Positions 59,659 to 64,000 of a stretch of DNA of 64,000 bases are shown in pieces. Below the pieces are notes generated by a model. That model saw nothing but the letters and a program-made list of their open reading frames with translations, did not search any database and was not told the DNA's origin. The DNA lies in assembly GCF_009914755.1 (NCBI RefSeq), contig NC_060927.1, one strand, 5' to 3'. The number at the start of each line of letters is the position of its first letter. The stretch's first letter is position 1. The position numbers and the translations under genes were made by a program. The stretch comes from the human T2T-CHM13v2.0 reference genome, Homo sapiens.

Positions 59659-60519
59659 TCATCTCCTCAACCCTGGATTCTGGGTTTTTCTAAATTAAGA
59701 AAACTGCCATAATCTTTCGAAGCTCAGTTTTTATGAGGCAATTGGATATTATTAACACATATAATAGGATCACATAAGAAATTCATTATTAAACTAGGGG
59801 CTACAAAATATTCTATCAAATATCTATCAACCAATAGATTCATTTTAGAGGGGTATTTTCAATATTTTATCCTTCTAAGGAAAATCTTCTATGAGGAGAT
59901 TAATTTCAAGATCATTTTTACTAAATAAGCAGTCAATGGACTCTGACAATTAGTGCCCCTGGACTAATGTGGTCTTTATACACTTAGACTGACCTCTGCT
60001 GGACAGTCTAATAACCTGTCAGCATTTTTTTTTTCTCTGAGAGTATGATTAGGAAAGGGGCATTTTCCCCAAATTTTATCTAGTATTTAGTAACAAATTT
60101 ACACAGTTCAACTTACAAATATTAATCAAGCCCTCTACACCACCTAATGGCAAAATCTTATATTGCATTCGGCTGCCAGAGGTGTGTCCGGAGGCAGAGT
60201 GGGAGGAGACTGATGAGGTTACATGAACTATCCAGTCTGAATGCTCCTTTTCATAGTCTCTTCCTCCTGTGCAGGACATAAGAATACCTGAGAAATGAGG
60301 CTGCTTCCACGAGCCTGTCAGGGGCCAAGTCACAGTATCTTCTGGGTTCACCCCTAAAACTGAAGTCTACCACTTCATGGTGGTCACTTGTGCCTAAACT
60401 AGCCAGTGTAGACAAGTCTGATATGGGTGGTGCAAACAAGCTGAATTTTGATATAAAGTCCTATGCTTCAATTTATGTAAAACTGCAGATAAAAAACACG
60501 AATGACCCTGAAAATAAGT

Positions 60520-61610
60520 GATGCTTTTCCATTTCAAATATTCTTTTAAAATAGTGCCTGCTTCTGATAATAAAAATTACATAATTATTTTTAAAATTCT
60601 ATAAAGGAAAAAATTAAATAAAAATTGCCTACAATTCCATCTACCAAGTTGTATTACAATTTTAGTTTATTTTGTGCCCATCTCTGTTCTGTAAGCAAGC
60701 AGGTATGCATGATTATGGTTATTTCCTTACTTCACTCCATTTCATTTTGTAGCTTGCCCTTTTCACACGTTGTATTGTGATTATTTTTCAATTAATAAAT
60801 AATACAATTTTTATTTTATGATGATAGACCATCACTTATGTAACCAATGTCCTACTATTAAACATTGGAATTGTTCCTAAATAAAACTACGCTACATGGC
60901 CTTTTATATAAATATTTGACCAAATATTTTATTATTTCTTCAGGATATATTCCCAAATAAGCTCAATGGGGCCTGGCACAGTGGCTCATGCCTATATTCC
61001 CAGCACTCTGGGAGGCAGAGGCAAGAGGATAGCGTGAGCCCACGAGTTTGGGACCAACCTAGGCAACATAGTGAGACCCTGTCTCTACAAAAATAAAATA
61101 AAAGAGTAGCCAGGCATGGTGGTATGCGCTTGTAGTCCTAGCAACTCGGGAGACTGAGATGGAGAGATCACTTGAGTCCAAGGACGTCAAAGATGCAGTG
61201 AGCCGTGATCATGTCATTGCACTCTAGCCTGAGCAACAGAGCAAGACCCTGTCTTGAAAAAAAAAAAAAAAAAGCTCACGGGGTCAAAACTTACGCGGTA
61301 TGAACATTTTTAAGACTCCAAATACCTGCAATGCTAGAATTACTCTACAGAAATGTACCAACTTCAACTTCCATCAGCAGCATAGGAGTCTCCATTTTCA
61401 CTTCCACTTCACCAAAATTCAGATTAATTTAGAAAGTTCTTTGCCAAGTGGATAGGCCAGGAAAAAAAAAGGGATTTTCAGTATAACTTACATATTCATA
61501 TTCATGCTTTTACTGAGCATTTATATTTTTTCTGTGAATTGTACATTCACGCCCTTTGCCCATTTTTCTACTGGCACCTTAATATTTTTCTTATATATAA
61601 GAGTTCTTTA
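60520..61610 (-). mobile_element. Old L1 (L1ME-type) fragments
   Basis: T-rich antisense motifs: cttccatcagcagcatagga, ttttttctgtgaattg, cctttgcccatttttcta. Confidence 0.5.
60970..61273 (+). mobile_element. AluJ
   Basis: Full dimer with poly-A; TSD aagctca. Confidence 0.92.
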
Positions 61611-61611
61611 T

Positions 61612-61918
<307 letters not shown>

Positions 61919-62244
61919 GAGTTCTTTATAGATTAAGGTTAACTCTGTTGGTCTAAATGTGGTATGCTTGAACTTAGGTCGCTAGTCCAAATATATCCTG
62001 AAATTATTAGTTTGGGTGTGATGTGACTTTGCCTTTGGCTCAGTAAATTCCTTCCAGGAAAAAAAAAAAACAACCTCATAAAATATAGGACCAGCCCCAT
62101 TAAATACTGGTGACACTTAGGTACTGAGTGGTCAAAAAATAAAATAGGAAGCAGAAAGAGCCTATGTATCTCAACTAACTGAACATGTCTCTACATTAGA
62201 CAATTCTTACAGCTTTTTTCTTCAATTTTTAAAAGACAGGTAAC

Positions 62245-62982
<738 letters not shown>

Positions 62983-64000
62983 GTAAAATAATATTGATAT
63001 GTAAATCAACATTTAGGCAGTTACAATGCTATTATGTAATAAAAGCTCTCCATTCATCTGTAAGTAGTTTTGTGGCAGAATAACTTTTTCTGTTACTTTT
63101 TCTAACTTTTTCTGTTTTTAATCAATTCCTTTACTGTAAAATGTCATTTTAAATGTTTATTTTATTTTGCACAATTTTAACAGTAGAGTAATTTTGCTGT
63201 GGAAAATAAAATTTCATCTTGCAAGAAAGAGAAAACTCAAGACCACCAACTGGCGTCTTTATTTACATATTAGAGCGGGTCAGCCAATGAAAATCCTAGA
63301 AAAAGAAGACAACAAACATTCAGTCAAAAGAAATGATTGTCTCAAATTATATCCTCATTGTTTCACTTGTTCTAAAACCTAAAAGTCCTACACAATGGTG
63401 GCAAAATGAGGTTTGTCTTTGTTCTGGTGCTTTTCCCAAAAAGGACCTAAAAACCTATTAGTGAATCTTCCTGCTGTGTCCTATAAAACAACCTAAAATG
63501 GCATTCTGGGTCCTCTTCCATTCACAGTAATCAGAGCACAAAAACTATAGTCTAAAAGAACCAGAAGTACACTCAGAAGGAGAAGGGAGATGAAGGAGGC
63601 CCACAGAGGGCTGAGCTCCCAGGTCTGAGGACATGAGTAGGAAGAACTGTGCACGGAAGTCTTTTCCAGAACTAACACCATCCTATACATATGGCCTGGA
63701 CACAGGCACAGATATAGGCATTCCCATATTGAGGCAGGAAGTGGCCAGCCTACACTGAGAATCAATGATAAATGGCAGACGGACAGAAAGACAAAAATCA
63801 ACAGTTTGGAAAGTATAATGTATGTAAATTCCACTGGAATGAAAATAAATAATTTCAAAGTGATAAATGTAAGAAATATAAAAATAATCCTCATAGAATT
63901 GTAAAAGAGGAAGACGAGAACTCATATTTCTCCAGCAATATCCAGCAATATCCAAACAAAATTCATAGAGAAACTGTAGAACAGATCATTGGAAGCAAAT

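Noticed and set aside
63493-63894. 133-aa hydrophobic ORF on the minus strand
   Set aside because: Hydrophobicity is explained by a T-rich strand; no recognisable family.
63931-63954. 10-bp tandem duplication TCCAGCAATA
   Set aside because: Ordinary slippage event with no sign of function.

Overview
Primate (very probably human) nuclear genomic DNA, intronic or intergenic and rich in repeats. I find no supportable protein-coding gene. The ORFs in the track are Alu, L1, LTR or microsatellite translations, or short chance ORFs. The window holds about 28 Alu-family inserts (FLAM, AluJ, AluS, AluY). It also has a 5'-intact minus-strand L1MA/L1PB-type LINE (46345-55660) carrying a complete THE1A provirus and four Alus, older L1ME/MB, L2 and MIR fragments, many MaLR/ERVL/ERV1 solo LTRs, MER58/MER5 DNA transposons and a 7SL RNA retropseudogene. 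The most distinctive item is a tailless 37-nt retrocopy of the 5' half of tRNA-Gly(CCC) with a perfect 17-bp target-site duplication (10394-10430). Repeat-free islands at about 14.3-15.1 kb and 22.6-25.0 kb look regulatory. Strong + strand splice sites (21083, 24394, 26547) suggest a spliced transcript, possibly with a short ORF, but I cannot identify the locus. I see no convincing evidence of a new multi-gene system. Repeat family names come from my recall of consensus sequences and boundaries are approximate unless TSDs are quoted.
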